From Orbicella franksi (lineage: Eukaryota), in the NCBI GenBank assembly GCA_964199315.1, contig OZ116701.1, positions 868,001 through 932,000 on the forward strand: DNA of 64,000 nucleotides. Direction: 5' to 3'. The position numbers and the translations under genes are program-made. Below, in pieces: positions 12,001 through 24,300 of this stretch (positions within the stretch are counted from its first letter, which is position 1; each line of letters starts with the position of its first letter). The notes under the pieces are model-generated. The model had not been told where the DNA came from and did not search any database. It was given only the letters and a program-made list of their open reading frames with translations.

Positions 12001-15000
12001 CATTGTGAGGATGAGTACATCCCATAACATCTTCATGGATGCAAGGAGAGTGTTCACCATCATCTTTAGACCTATAAAACAGCAAACTTAACTTTACTGT
12101 ACCTCCGGGACATAATGACTTTAATTGATGAGCGGTTAATCCCAACATCTGTTTCGATCTGTTTTCATATCGTAACTGAATCTTCCTAGATCACACAACG
12201 AGGAAGCTAAGTAATCGTTTATAATACTTGATAAATTATAAGAATCCTTTAGAATGAGTGTACGAGAAACGACGGTGGGGACGAAAGTAGAGCTAAGAGT
12301 AGACACACATGATATATGCAGGCTCGCGTTTTTAAATGTATCTCGGATGTTCTGGTCATGCATTCTTTCACAAACGATCCCTCTACTATTAAGTTGAGGT
12401 TCATATAGTTGAAATTGATATTAATTTGGGAAATAAAAGAGAAAGGTTTGATGAGCGCTAAAAAGCCAAAAAGAGTAAAGCCAATAGCGACCAAACGGCA
12501 TAATGAAAATGCATTGTAGTTTCATTTTGCTTTCTGTTTCTAAACTGACAATCACAAACCTTTTACGGCTGATATGGTTCTGAGAGCTCGAAACACTCGG
12601 AATGTCCTGATTCCAGAGAGATTTGCCACCCCAGGAGCAAAAGTTACATAGCTTGAGAAAGAAAAGAAATATAACAACGCTGTTTATATCGGCTGTTTAC
12701 GCGTGATCTGTGATTTACAATGAAAAGTTTCCAATCAAAAGAGATTGGAAACGCCCAGTTTCTTCCATTACTGTAAATACTCTTTTCCTTTAGCCATCCT
12801 AGCTTAATAAGAAATAGCACACAAACTGCTGTGACAAACATGACACTGAAACGCATTTTGGAAAACAAAATTCATTAACTTGAGGTTTCGTATGTTTCGA
12901 CATACATCTTCAGAAGTGACCGTTTGGAATAGAAGAAAAAACTAAATTTAAATTAAAGATAAGTAACTAATTAACAATAACAATGACAGAAGCTGAGAAA
13001 AATTTGCATATTAAAAGATGCAAACTAATAAAGATAAAGCTTTTTGCAGCTAACATTATCGTTTAGGGTAGGTTTCAATTCCCTAATTAGTAGAGTCTCC
13101 TTTATCTTGCAATGAGTATCTGACCGACCTTTTGCCAATATATCAAAGTGGTCCCATTTTAAGTTGTGACCAGTTGACGTGACGTGGCCTGCGATAGCAG
13201 ACGCATGACAGCTACTCGTGATCGCTTTAACAGGCAGCAAAACAGACCGAAGAATCCAACCACCACAGTCCTCAAAAAGGAAATAATCTTAGTTCTACCT
13301 TATTTAGAGTTACAAAGGAAAATTGTTACCAAACAGCTGAGGACCTGCATTAATAAATTTTATCATAGTAGATGGTTTGAACCCAGGAGTATCAGTAGTT
13401 CGTATAGTGTGATCGTCCGGGTGAGGGTAGTTATGAAAAGAACTGTTGTTGGTGACTGACGTTTCGACAACCGACAAGAGTCAAGTGAATAGTGTTTGTC
13501 AGTCGATGATCTTATAAGTCTGGTCCGTTGAACGTTATTGGTCAGTTTAGCCAAGATGGTACTGGCTGAAAGACTCGTGTAGAGTTTGTCATCAGTCATT
13601 GGTCGGTTTCGATCCGTCTATTGTTAGTCAAATTGGTCTGTTTTTGGTCCATGTATTGTGAAGTCGGTCTGTTAGAAGTCCGTTTGTCGGTTTCGTTTCC
13701 GTCGTGGATAAGTCGTTTGTAAGGCGCCGGTAGTTGTTGACGTCTGTTAAGAGGCGTTTGTTTTAGGTTAGTGTACCAGATTTTAATATGCAAATTTTTC
13801 TCAGCTTCAGCACATGGTCCACCCCTTAGTTGTTTGGGTTTGATTTTCTTAAGTAACGAGAGCCTGTTAACCTCCAAAGGTTCATGAGAATGTTTAAGCA
13901 CTTGTCTTGTGCCGGATATCCGGCGATATTTGACTCGATATAGGGATTAACAGTAAAATTCGACAAAATAAGAGATCCTACCCAAATATTACAACCACGA
14001 AATCCAGCCAATTCCACGGGTCTCGTAAATACGCATATTTGTGAAGAGCAAATCCTTTGGCAATTATTTTGAGAATCATTTCAACAGTATAAATAGCTGC
14101 AAATACATATCTGTTGAATGAGAAGAGAGAGACAGATAACCTGTTAACACCAGCAACTAGGGTACTATTTCCTTATCTCGGGATATCATCAGTTTTATCA
14201 GACGTCAATTAATACCGGATAGGATGTATGTTATAGACTTCTGGTTCTGTTGGTCTCCTTTTGCTGTATTTGACAACGTTTCCTCTGGTCATTCATGGGT
14301 TCGGTCCAATAAACAAAAATAATAGCCATCTTGCAGTTCGCGTTTTACTGACATTTGTAAAAAGTACGAACACGACGTGACTGTTCTGCACGTTTGCTCC
14401 CCTCCGTTTTTTGACTGGCGAAAAAATTCGCCTCACGTTTGCCCTTCTCGAGAGATGGCGGGAACTGCTTGTCTATCATTTTCACTTATTAAATCAAGCT
14501 AAAGAAATAACCAAGGGAAATCGTTTGGATGTTTGTAATGTTCACTAGCAAAGGGAAGAAAATTATCACTACTTTGATTAGTAATTATTACAAAGTGAAA
14601 TCAATTGGAAATACTCACTCAGGCTCCTCTGGAGGATTTGTCAATGCAAGAAAAACACAGTTTACTAAAATAGTTAGGATAATAAAAATTTCAAAATATC
14701 TGAACAGAGTTAAAGAATTTATCATCAAGAATGAATCAACACGGCATAGAAGTGACCAAACGTAAAGTTCTCAAAATAAAAAGCCTAGAATTTCCCTCTG
14801 AGCGCAAAACCCTTGGATGAAAATAGAGGAAAAGAAAGGATATTTAGCCCTCGGGGGTACTGAAACCTATCATGACCTTCGATTTCAATATGGAATCAGA
14901 TCGCCGTTGCTCTTCTGACGGCACTGGTCAACAAGGTAAAAGGGGGCAGGTTATTAATCATTAAGGAGATATTAAAGTTGAGGAAAGGTGGATGTCAAGT

Positions 15001-15665
15001 TTAAGTCTGTGACATGTTGTTATTTAAAGGGTTGAAAATTTGACACGACTTCTGAGCGTTATTCCCAAATCAGGGTTCGAACTCAGATCTCTCGCGCCAA
15101 AGTTTAACGAGCTTACTGAAAGGCAACTGAACCTACATCTTACTATGGAGATTTAATAATAATTTGTCCAAAGGATACTGATTTGTAGTTATATACAATG
15201 AAAACTTCCTAAAAGGGTGATTTTGACCAAATATATAAACAGATTTGGCTTTATTTAGTCTGTGCACGTGCGGCGTTCCAAAGCGGCTGGTGATGACGAT
15301 AAAGGTCTACAACAGAAAACAGATCAACTGAACATCACTCTACTTGACAAATAGATTCCATGTTGCCATGCGTCTGCTCAGTAACAGATCACAGATGACG
15401 TTAAAAAGTGACACATGAACCGTTAGGCGAATGTGTCACTGATGTTCTTACCACCTTTTGACGCCATCTATGATCTATTACTGAACAGCACGGCTACATG
15501 GAATCTATTTGTTTTATATGATAAAGAAACAAAAAAAAAATAGCTGTATATTTTATCCAACTATTTTCATAAGAGGACAATAGAAAACCTACATGTGCTA
15601 CTACAGCGAGCTAATCGTGTTTCTCGCGTTGTAAAAATAAATGTAAAAAATAAAAATCTTATTTG

Positions 15666-15725
<60 letters not shown>

Positions 15726-18700
15726 GAAACAAAGGAAACAAGTATTTCAAATGAACGTAACTTAGTTAAAAATCCCAACTGGCACGAGGCAGACCAGTTG
15801 GCTATTTACAAAGCGTGACCGAGGATTTGAACTCCTCGGGACTACCGAGAAACAATTCCCGCTAGTGGAAAAAAAAATCCAAACAAACAAATCCCGCTAG
15901 TGGCAGGGTGAAGGCCTTGAAGCCGGATTACAACACCAGCGCCCTAAGTCACTCGGCCACGCTGCCTCCGTAAGAGTTGAAAAATAAAGACCAACTCTAC
16001 CATGAGTAGAGTTGAATAATAAAGACAAAGACAAGACATGATCGCATTCGCACATCAAATTTATGAGCGCTGGATTATGTTTGCAAAACCTGAGTAAAAT
16101 TCTTCCGTTCTTCGCATGCTGAATTGTGTTTCCAGTAAAAGGATGCCTGGTACTCAAGACGCTGAATTCGAAATATTCAATTATCTGCTGACTGATACAC
16201 CACTACAGAAATATGTGTATATATGTTGTCCACTAATTTTCACCTGTGTGCGAAAATTCAAAACAGAAGACCACAGAGCATTCAAACCAATCCACGACAC
16301 GGAGCCGCGACTGAGGAGAGAGTTCTGTTTATTTAGGCTACATAACGTGAAATGCTTGATAGTGTTGTTAACCAAGGGCATCTTATTATGTCTCGTACTA
16401 CCTAACCACAAGCCACTTAGCCCACCGGGTTTGATTATTTAGATCTTATCAGTGCTAAACGCACAAGCGGGCTCAATGCCATGGGCACACGCGGTGCTAT
16501 TTACTCAGATCACTCCACTGGACTTGGTAAGTTTTCTTTTTCAGTTAGTCATGGAAAAACAAACAGAAGAATATTCTGGACGTTTTTAGTACAAGCTATG
16601 TTATTCAACTAAATACAACTACGATAGTAATTACAAAGGAAACGCAAAATTTAACGCAGGTGTTTTTGTTTGGAATATCATTCTCCCGGGGAGAATTCTA
16701 CTTGCTCGCTTGCTAAAAAGCAGAAAATTGATGGCAAAATAAAATGATAATCGAGGACGAAAAATGTTTTGATTTTTTAGATAAATATTAGGCTTAAGTC
16801 AGCTATTGATCTGTCTACCCTAATTTCCATTTTTTATTCCCTTTTAAACAAAGCTTTAAAACTTCTAAGGAAGGTATAGAAATAAGATGAAATTATTCCC
16901 TGATACTTAGTAGATAAATATCCAAATTCTCCTAACAAAATCATCACATTTTCAAGCAGTCAGCTAATGGGAATAACCGAACAAATCATCAAAGAGTGGC
17001 TTTATTTCTGTATATTGTCTTGATATACAACCAAGTTTTCAGAATTGAGTTAGCTGGCTGTACAATGACCAACTCTTGTCCAAAATCGGCAAAAAAGTTT
17101 CCTTCCTTACCTTGATCTCCATTTAGAGTCATGATCAGAAAAATCAACAAATTATTTTACGAGATTGCTGGCCGTGTTCGAAGATAACACTTAGAATTTT
17201 TATGTACGCCGTTAAAACTCGCAAACAATGATTCTGTGAGAGAGCGATAATTTATTTAACAAGATAAATCAAGGGAAACTCAGTTCAGTAGAGAAAAAAA
17301 TTGCAAGTTGTTCCTATCTATTAAAGTACAGTATGGCAAGCTTTTTATGATGGAGAAAACAATTTTCCTTGTTCGAAGACATGTCGTTTACTACACATTT
17401 CTCGGTTTTAATTGCGTCGTTGAAAGCCAGCACAGTCGCGTCTTTCGTTATCTTTTAAGACAACAAACAAACTTAACGCCAAATACAGCCACTACAGCGA
17501 TATTAACATGGTAAAATTAGTAGTTAACAGGGTTGCTATGCTTACAGGAATCGTTCACGAATTACATCGTTTTTCAATGAGGTTTGTGCCGTTGGATCGC
17601 AGAGAAGATCTCGGTAACCGCTTTTAAAGTATTAAATAGTTAATTTGTTTACCTTTCGTGGCTGAAATTTTAGTGCTTCCGTAAAATATATTTTGTCAAT
17701 TATACCACAGCCCAGAAGCCTATCTAATGTTCTCATCATAGCTTCAGTTTTAATTTACTGTTGATAAGCGCTATTTTGTAACGATCGACAGATTGTGCAT
17801 TGATAGTTAACCGACTACATTTCGCGACCATAATTTCCCATTTTTTTTTAATTAGGCGTCTGAAATTCGACGAAATCCGGTTTTAAATATTTTGTTTACG
17901 ACCAATTTTCAACGGTTTAAATTGTCTAAACTTACATCGAGGTAAAAAGGTTTGAAAGTCGTCATTGAAATCAACCTCGTCCAACGTGCGAAAACAAACT
18001 AAAATATCATAACTGATTCTGTATCGCTGTCCAGAATTATTTATGTTCAAGGAAATTGACACAAACTTGAAGTCTTTCCTAATCATAAAATTACCTCAGA
18101 AGAGTTCAGTTTCTCTAAGAAGCCTGATAAGGTACTATTAAGGGCATCCATATGAGGAACGATTACATGTATGAAGCGACAGCAGTAGATAAATACATTT
18201 CCGCAATTCTCAACTCGAAGCAGAACGTCTGCAAATCCAGAAAGATCAAAGGTTTCATGTCGCGACCAGCTGTCCAGTCGTTTTATAGTTTATACCAAGA
18301 CAAAGCTCGAGGTTTTTACGTGTGAGAGCTGAATAATTAAATATTCTTCAATTCAGCCAATTAGAAAGGTGCACAAGACCTGGTAGAAGACATAATGTCT
18401 CTCAGAAATCGCCGTGTTGATATTGATCATGAGGTACAGTGTTGAACAGAACAGGACTGTTGAGATATCGACACTTTCCTGAAGCACCGTACGTATCAAC
18501 TTCTATATCGTACTCTTAATCTACAAACATTGATTTCATTCATCCGACTACGACGACTACGTCTTCGAGCTGGTGTTGCCATGGAAACGGGGTTCTCCTC
18601 AAGCGACAATGAAATCGTTATTTTCAATTCACAAATTTTATCCTCATTAAAATGCATTAACGTGGATAAACCTAGTTTTGTTTGAAGAATGGGCAGTTGT

Positions 18701-21396
18701 TTGGTGGTTTCTGCTGACCGCAGACTAAAATCATTTTAGTCATAACAAAAAATCATACAGAATAACCGAGAACTACAATTTATTTTGTTGATGTGGTAAC
18801 AAAATGGTGTGGATAGGCCCTTCAGATGGAGCCATTTTCCTTTATCCCGTGAAAGGATATTATGAACATGTTTTATGCAGATGGATTAATTTGCGACACA
18901 AGTGAGGGGAAAACGGAACTTATTGACGTACATTCCCATTGTGAATTTCCATGGTATATTATCATAAAAAGGACAAGACAGTGTTTCAAAGATCTCTCAA
19001 ATACTTTTCGCTGCGGTCTGGATCGTTAACCTGTCGCCGTTCGAGGACAAGACTGTGCATGGTCTCGTTAACTTAGCGACACATGTTATTGACTTCAGAG
19101 ACGTAAAACCAGTCCAGCCGAATTGTGGCACGATCTATATTTGAGACTCACTAAGCCCTAGATTCGTCGTTCCTCGTGACGTTTCATCTACCTTACTTTG
19201 TTTTAGCTATTTATTTGATCTTGTTCCCGTATTTTTTGTTTTGTGTGATGCCCATGTTTAGACAAGGATTATCCTAACTCGCAACCGAGTCCGTCTCTTA
19301 ATCCCTGGCGAAATGGCGCATGATATTTGTAGCACCAACCATGATGTACTATTATCAATTATCATTCACTTTGAGCTTGGTCAAATGTTTCACAATAGCC
19401 AAAGATAGTTTTTCCCATTTGACCACGCTTATGATAGTCGATTATATTTGAGGAGATTCAACTATCATGTACTCTCTTTTTCAGCTAAAGGTGAAATGCT
19501 TCGTCTTGACGTATATTCTGTCTTGTGCCCGTCTTCAAAGAGAGAAACATAACCGTAATTCTAAACATCTATGATCTAGTATTTCTAATCTGCCTCGGAC
19601 AGGTTGTTCAAAGAGTTGATAAATCGCTCAATTTTCATGTATCGTGTGAAAATTAGAAGTCAAAATTAAGCACTCCGAGGACCTGTGTGGCGTAGAGCAT
19701 TACAAATGAAACTTTCTGTGACCAAGCATATTTAGTATTCGCTCTGATAACGTCACCTTATGATTCAATACAACTGAGGCAGTGTAGAGAGACAGACAAT
19801 TTTTGAGGTTTCTGCTGTTCTCTTTTCATTTCTTGTCGTGGGAATTTTACTGAGTAAACTTTTGATTAAGGCGGAAAAATATTAATTTCGTCAGCAAAAG
19901 GCTGAATCACTTTGCAACACAAAAAGTTATCTTAGTAATCGAAATGCAGTGTAGTTGAGACTTAAGATGAACACAGTATTCCACCCTTGTTTAAAATAAG
20001 AAACAAGATGGAAGAAAACCTTGAATCATGGCTGTGCTCAGCCAGACGAGTGCTTTTGGTGCCTTTGACCGCAAAAATACTGCAAACAGTTGAAAAGTAC
20101 CATAGAACAGTGCTTGCTGACGAAGTGAAACAATTAACAGAGTTTTCACATTCACTCAGCCTTGTACTAATTATGCTAATTGTTAATTATAAATGATTTC
20201 ATGTCGTTTACATGTAGCTACATGTATGTATCTGTTTTACAAGAATGTCTAAGTTTTTTTGGGGGGGCTGCTTGTGAATCAATAAGCATAAATCTGATAG
20301 AAGTTCAATCTCATGTACTATCTGTGCACGAAACAAATATTAGTAACGGAATTTGATTTTCTTATTTGCTTTTCTCATTGACATACAAGAGACAATATTG
20401 GGCGTCAGCAATTATATTCTGAACTATTGTTTGTACATTCCATTAACTAACATTATTTAGTGAACTGAACCATCAGTACAAAATATAAAATTTTATGTCT
20501 CACATATATGACATTAAACCTCATTTTATTATTTGTCTAATTTCCTTCTGTTTGGTCTGTTTGGGTCTGTTTTGCCACCATAAGCTTAATCAGTCATGAT
20601 GAATGATGTAAACAAATGTTTCTCTGTGTAAACAAAGATAATTGCTAGAGTGATAATGCTTTTCTCTTAGGCCAAAGAAAACACTTTTTGCGCTCTGAAC
20701 AACCGAACTCAAAGTGTCCTTGTCATTTTTTTCCAGTGAAGAAATCCATAAAGACAGAGCCACTAATTTATCGGAGAATAGTGACTAGCGGTTACTTGCT
20801 GAATCAGGACATCACTTAGTTTGCTTGTTAATCTTGATGTACAGACTGTTAACTAGGTATTCATAATTTGGCTATATGAACTTACAGGTCGCCTCCAGCT
20901 AAAACGAACTTGTAACCATTTGGAATTCATCATTCAGGAAACTGTTAGCCGTGAAATTTGTCGCATGATCCGAGTGAGTTCGTTAAATTTTGACGAAGCA
21001 ACACGCGCGGAAGCGGAATACAACTGATTTGCGCGTAAAAGGCAATCGGTTATATCGTGAGTTATAACTTAATTATTATCTTCAGCCGCTTCATAACTCA
21101 TTGCTTTTGATACAAGATGACTAGATGCAAAGAATATTACACTGAACTGAACTCACCTCATCATTACAGCCATGTTTGTCCTCCAACGGTCGATTGAAAT
21201 ACCTTGGTCGATCAGGGCAAAATTTCCGCATCATATTTTTAAAGAAGTCTTTGATTGTTTTACCATCGACACTGCTAGTCTCGCTGTTCCTACGGGTTGC
21301 CGACCGGCTAAAGTGGCTGGCATAACTAATTACGCTAGCTTGGGATAATCTTGTGGTTGCCCTTGTTGGGTTGGGCGAGAAGTTTTCGTTCTGTTC
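1..21396 (-). CDS. Gene B: voltage-gated Nav2-family channel alpha subunit (filter D-E-E-?), partial; the 3' part lies beyond the left edge
   Basis: Exons (minus strand): 21157-21396, 15179-15306, 14619-14699, 13982-14110, 12560-12651, 11877-12071, 11530-11590, 7862-8006, 7164-7298, 6497-6994, 5688-5876, 5122-5463, 4687-4885, 3646-3929, 1846-2019, 1305-1415, 408-671, 1-46 (partial). Phases are compatible and there is no internal stop. Pore motifs TLDFW, CGEWI, TFEGW. Many exon sizes are identical to gene A (128, 81, 129, 92, 145, 189, 174). Confidence 0.92.
408..671 (-). CDS. Gene B exon, DIII-S5 and P1
   Basis: [19 protein letters not shown]...[15 protein letters not shown]. Confidence 0.95.
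1001..1134. repeat. Decayed 49-bp inverted repeat (39/49 identical) with a 36-bp spacer
   Basis: 1001-1049 compared with the reverse complement of 1086-1134. Confidence 0.75.
1305..1415 (-). CDS. Gene B exon, DIII-S4
   Basis: [23 protein letters not shown]. Confidence 0.95.
1846..2019 (-). CDS. Gene B exon, DIII S2/S3
   Basis: AFEDVYL...[10 protein letters not shown]...AWNWLDV; 174 nt. Confidence 0.95.
2181..2874 (-). mobile_element. 3' fragment of a related L1/Tx1-like LINE, sense to gene B
   Basis: [12 protein letters not shown]...[17 protein letters not shown] aligns with [12 protein letters not shown]...[17 protein letters not shown] of the large element. AATAAA at 2210-2215 and A11 tail at 2181-2191. 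The 5' boundary is approximate. Confidence 0.88.
3122..3487. mobile_element. MITE with 15-bp perfect terminal inverted repeats
   Basis: TAGGGACCTTACGCA ... TGCGTAAGGTCCCTA. Confidence 0.85.
3646..3929 (-). CDS. Gene B exon, II-III linker and DIII-S1
   Basis: Ends [22 protein letters not shown]|gtgagt. Confidence 0.9.
4687..4885 (-). CDS. Gene B exon, end of DII-S6 and II-III linker
   Basis: [13 protein letters not shown]... Confidence 0.92.
5122..5463 (-). CDS. Gene B exon, DII S4-S6 (filter E at 5212-5214)
   Basis: [16 protein letters not shown]. Confidence 0.95.
5688..5876 (-). CDS. Gene B exon, DII S2-S4
   Basis: EMILKLIAF...WNIFDG...SVLRSFRL; 189 nt. Confidence 0.95.
6497..6994 (-). 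CDS. Gene B exon, I-II linker and DII-S1
   Basis: Ends [23 protein letters not shown]...NL|gtaagt. Confidence 0.92.
7164..7298 (-). CDS. Gene B exon, DI-S6
   Basis: [22 protein letters not shown]. Confidence 0.93.
7862..8006 (-). CDS. Gene B exon, DI pore (filter D at 7886-7888)
   Basis: [22 protein letters not shown]; 145 nt. Confidence 0.95.
8293..11505 (+). mobile_element. 5'-truncated L1/Tx1-like non-LTR retrotransposon (ORF2: RT and C-terminal CCHC), degenerate, antisense in a gene B intron
   Basis: RT motifs [42 protein letters not shown]; CLYCG...EHSFIEC. A 2-bp frameshift near 8700, and in-frame TAG at 9755-9757 and 11186-11188. Repetitive 3'UTR; A21 tail at 11481-11501; candidate TSD AATATG (8293-8298 and 11500-11505). 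Confidence 0.95.
11530..11590 (-). CDS. Gene B exon, DI turret ([19 protein letters not shown])
   Basis: 61 nt with AG/GT ends; VCGN motif. Confidence 0.9.
11877..12071 (-). CDS. Gene B exon, DI-S5
   Basis: [37 protein letters not shown]. Confidence 0.95.
12560..12651 (-). CDS. Gene B exon, DI-S4
   Basis: [21 protein letters not shown]; 92 nt. Confidence 0.95.
12775..13808. mobile_element. Composite of Penelope-like retroelement fragments (GIY-YIG ends, RT-linker fragment, degenerate hammerhead motifs)
   Basis: Minus strand: [47 protein letters not shown] (GIY-YIG C-terminus, about 13025-13216). Plus strand: [30 protein letters not shown] (about 13220-13363). Minus strand: [24 protein letters not shown] (to about 13780). 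Broken CTGAAGA...GAAA motifs at 12891-12913 and 13454-13472. Confidence 0.8.
13982..14110 (-). CDS. Gene B exon, DI-S2/S3
   Basis: [19 protein letters not shown]...RDPWNWLDF; 129 nt. Confidence 0.95.
14619..14699 (-). CDS. Gene B exon, DI-S1
   Basis: [19 protein letters not shown]; 81 nt. Confidence 0.93.
14700..15178 (-). other. U12-type GT-AG intron (gene B, same position as gene A intron 2)
   Basis: 5' GTATCCTTT; branch-like TTCTTTAAC at 14709-14717, 9 nt before the end of the intron; no long polypyrimidine tract. Confidence 0.88.
15179..15306 (-). CDS. Gene B exon ([10 protein letters not shown]...ITTNQ)
   Basis: 128 nt, same as gene A exon 2; followed by U12 donor GTATCCTTT. Confidence 0.92.
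15347..15512. mobile_element. Palindromic MITE-like element
   Basis: About 55-60-bp imperfect inverted arms beginning ACAAATAGATTCCATGT and ending ACATGGAATCTATTTGT. Confidence 0.8.
15667..15969 (-). mobile_element. tRNA-derived SINE-like repeat, copy 1
   Basis: tRNA-like head GGAGGCAGCGTGGCCGAGTGACTTAGGGCGCTGG... on the minus strand; highly similar to 32898-33171. Confidence 0.8.
18575..18588. promoter_or_regulatory. RFX X-box-like motif GTTGCCATGGAAAC (gene B intron)
   Basis: Consensus match only. Confidence 0.35.
21157..21396 (-). CDS. Gene B N-terminal exon (EQNENF...[15 protein letters not shown])
   Basis: Strong tttcag acceptor and GAG|gtgagt donor; 80 open codons; PLED motif as in Nav N-termini. 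Confidence 0.75.
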
Positions 21397-24300
21397 CTGA
21401 AATAAGAGAAAAAAACTCGATTTACTTGAAGTGATATGGCTCCTAGATGTGCCGCTCTGTTTACACGCTTACATGCTGATGTGTTAATATGTTTGCACAA
21501 TGAGATGGTTATGCTATACAGTCAGTTTGACCTCAGTCTACACAGAGTGAAAACGGGAAAAATTTGACGTTTTGCCAACCTGTTTAGAGTCTGTGTTACA
21601 CATGACGGAAGAACTGCCGCAATGCGCTTGAGAATGAACAAATTTATTCAATTTTTATAATTGCCGTTTCGAGTAACTAGAATGAAGTTGATACTTTCCC
21701 CAAGGCCAGATTCTTTGTATTGTAAATCAACATAAAGGTCATACGTCACTTTGAAACAAAGAACTATTTATTAGGAGCAATAATGGATGTGTTGTTAACT
21801 AAATAATATTTGCAGAGAAGGTTAAAAGCGTTCCGGTTGGTTAAAAAACATTTCAAATCTCAACCCTGCGGCTACCAGTTTAAAAGTTTCAAAAACGACT
21901 TAAAAATAGTACAAATACAGGCTGATACATACAAAAATGAACAATAATAACATTTGATCTTTTAAGGAGTAAAATTACCAATTGAAGAGATATTTTGTGA
22001 TTGCATTGTTTAATCCATTTTAACAATATCTATTTTTTCCTAGTTATGTTGTGAAAATTTTTATTTAAACGTTTCATAGAGTATATTTCCAATATAGACT
22101 GGCAGAGGAAAGCTTATTTTAACCAAAGAACGCTTAAATTTTTTCAGCAAATGCAAAAATATTTTAACGCGCTAGAAATTCTTCCCTCTAAGGCAATGAC
22201 GCGCTCGGTTTCTGGTGAATGTTACAAACTGGTCTTTTTATTGAATCGGAACATACAAATACCAAGTTGAAAGACAGGAAAAAACACTAAAGAAATACAA
22301 GAAAGAAGGTGCGAGAAATGGGTTGTGAAACGGTGCATGGGAAATCAAATTGCAACTGAAATTATGGTTTGACTCGATTTTCATCATCGGGAAGACACAA
22401 TGGGACCAGATTGAAGTCAATAGCTGAGAAACCTACAGACTTTGTCATTGAAAGGAGTTTTATTTGAGCCTTCATCTTTTCATAACCTTAGTTAATCGAT
22501 TTGTTAATTAACCTGTTATTAAAAGAGGGTCTAGGCTGATTTTAAGTGATGGTATGTGATAGCTCAGAGAATTGGTCAAAATTTTAACAGTCAGCTTACA
22601 AACGACGCGTGTTTAAACTGATTGTTGAGATTTGAGATCTGCAAAATTTACTGGCAGCTGAGGAATGGGCAGAAATTTAAACTGATAGCTGAGAAATCAC
22701 CGAAAAGTCCACTGATTACTGAGATAACAACAAAATGAACCTCATTCAGACCTTCCGATAACAGTCGTTATCTTTCACTATTACGTTATATGACATTTTG
22801 TCTCTTTCGATTTGTTTCAATTAAGTGCTGAATTATTATCATTCGCGACCAAAAACAAGGACAAAAAAGGGTAACATAGTTTACAATGTACGTTGATTTG
22901 TATTTACACATCAGGGGCAATATTATACGGCCAACACAACTTTGCGGCCCGCGATAAGTTCTAATAAGTCCACGACACGAATTCTTCTGGTCTAAACTTA
23001 CTGGCGATTGTCCCGTTCGACATGAACAGGCGATGCTGTCTGATGAAAGCTGTTTGTGAGTTTTTGCAGTACACGAGTGGTCTACACTACTAAAGCACGT
23101 GCGACAACGCTGTACCGTGCAAATTGGTCCTGAGAGTTGCTAACAGCCCCTCACAGCTTACGATATTGGCTTGTTTCGCGCTTTTCGATCATATATGGCT
23201 GGAAACCTAGAACTACAAATATAACAATTCAAAACAAGCCAATAGTAATCACCGAACCGGCAATCAGATTGGCAGATGTACAGTAGAGTACTGTACAATG
23301 ACTTATAGCCCCAGTCGAAATTTTTCTTGCCATGTGATTACAGATTACAGGACGGCGCAAACATCCCGTTACTAGTTAATAAACGAGAACAACAGTCGAG
23401 GAAAAACACTAACCATTTGTCACCTTTTTCGAGAAAGAACGGTTCGGAGGCGAGTTTTCGTTTGGATGAATGAGAAAAGAAACCCACTCAGACTGCTCAG
23501 TTAGACAAACGAAGTTTGATCGTTAGCAACCAAATGAGGCCTGCTAATGACCAATCACCTTCGAGAATTTTGCCATAGTTTTGATTAATACCATAATCAT
23601 ATTCCCGAATAATCCTACCAGTAATTACGCCCATCCCTGCTAAACCTACCGGATCACGAACCTTTAAGGCTGATTGCTGTTCAGTTGAAAAGTTCGTTTG
23701 AGCAATGAACTGTTATTTTTTAATTGGTCAAAGAGTGTATAATTACGCAGCACTTAAATGATGCACCACTCCCTCATACAGCAGTTGCGCTAATTGGTAT
23801 ACATTGAGGATCCATATTCTGCAAGCGGCGGATACTTCTAGATACTTCGTCATCTGTAGAGTGCGGCCATAGCTACAGGGGTTATTTGCCACCTGTTCAG
23901 CGCGGTCCTGTACAAAGACTTATGTCATCTCGATCACATTTCAAATTACGAACCGACACAGAAAAAAGTGAATAATCTTGAGACAAAAATAGGAAAAATC
24001 CATGGAAGTAGACAAGGAAGAACTGAAAAATATTTGAAGACGAAACTGATTGAAAAAAGTGATGGGAAATTCAAGTCTCCTTTCAGTGTTCAGACTCAAT
24101 AGGTTTCACGCCAAAGTAGATGTGAATTAAGTTCTTTGCTGCAATGTATTCGAGTTTTATGGTATTCAGAATTGTCAAGGTCTTGGTAAATGCTACCAGC
24201 CTCAACCTGTCAACCTTCGGCCATGGTTACTCTGGTTATAAAGAACTTAACATGCAATAATTGTTTATTATTGACTGGATCAATAGATATTTAAAGAGTA

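Noticed and set aside
18852-18860. Another U12 donor (ATATCCTTT)
   Set aside because: No adjacent exon or branch site, and roughly one chance hit is expected in an AT-rich window this size.
22996-23200. Upstream coding exon for gene B (gtaagt donor at 23001)
   Set aside because: The phase-0 frame has no ATG before a stop, and the ATG-containing frame (MSNGTIA) is phase 1 and stops in the next exon. It could still be a UTR exon.
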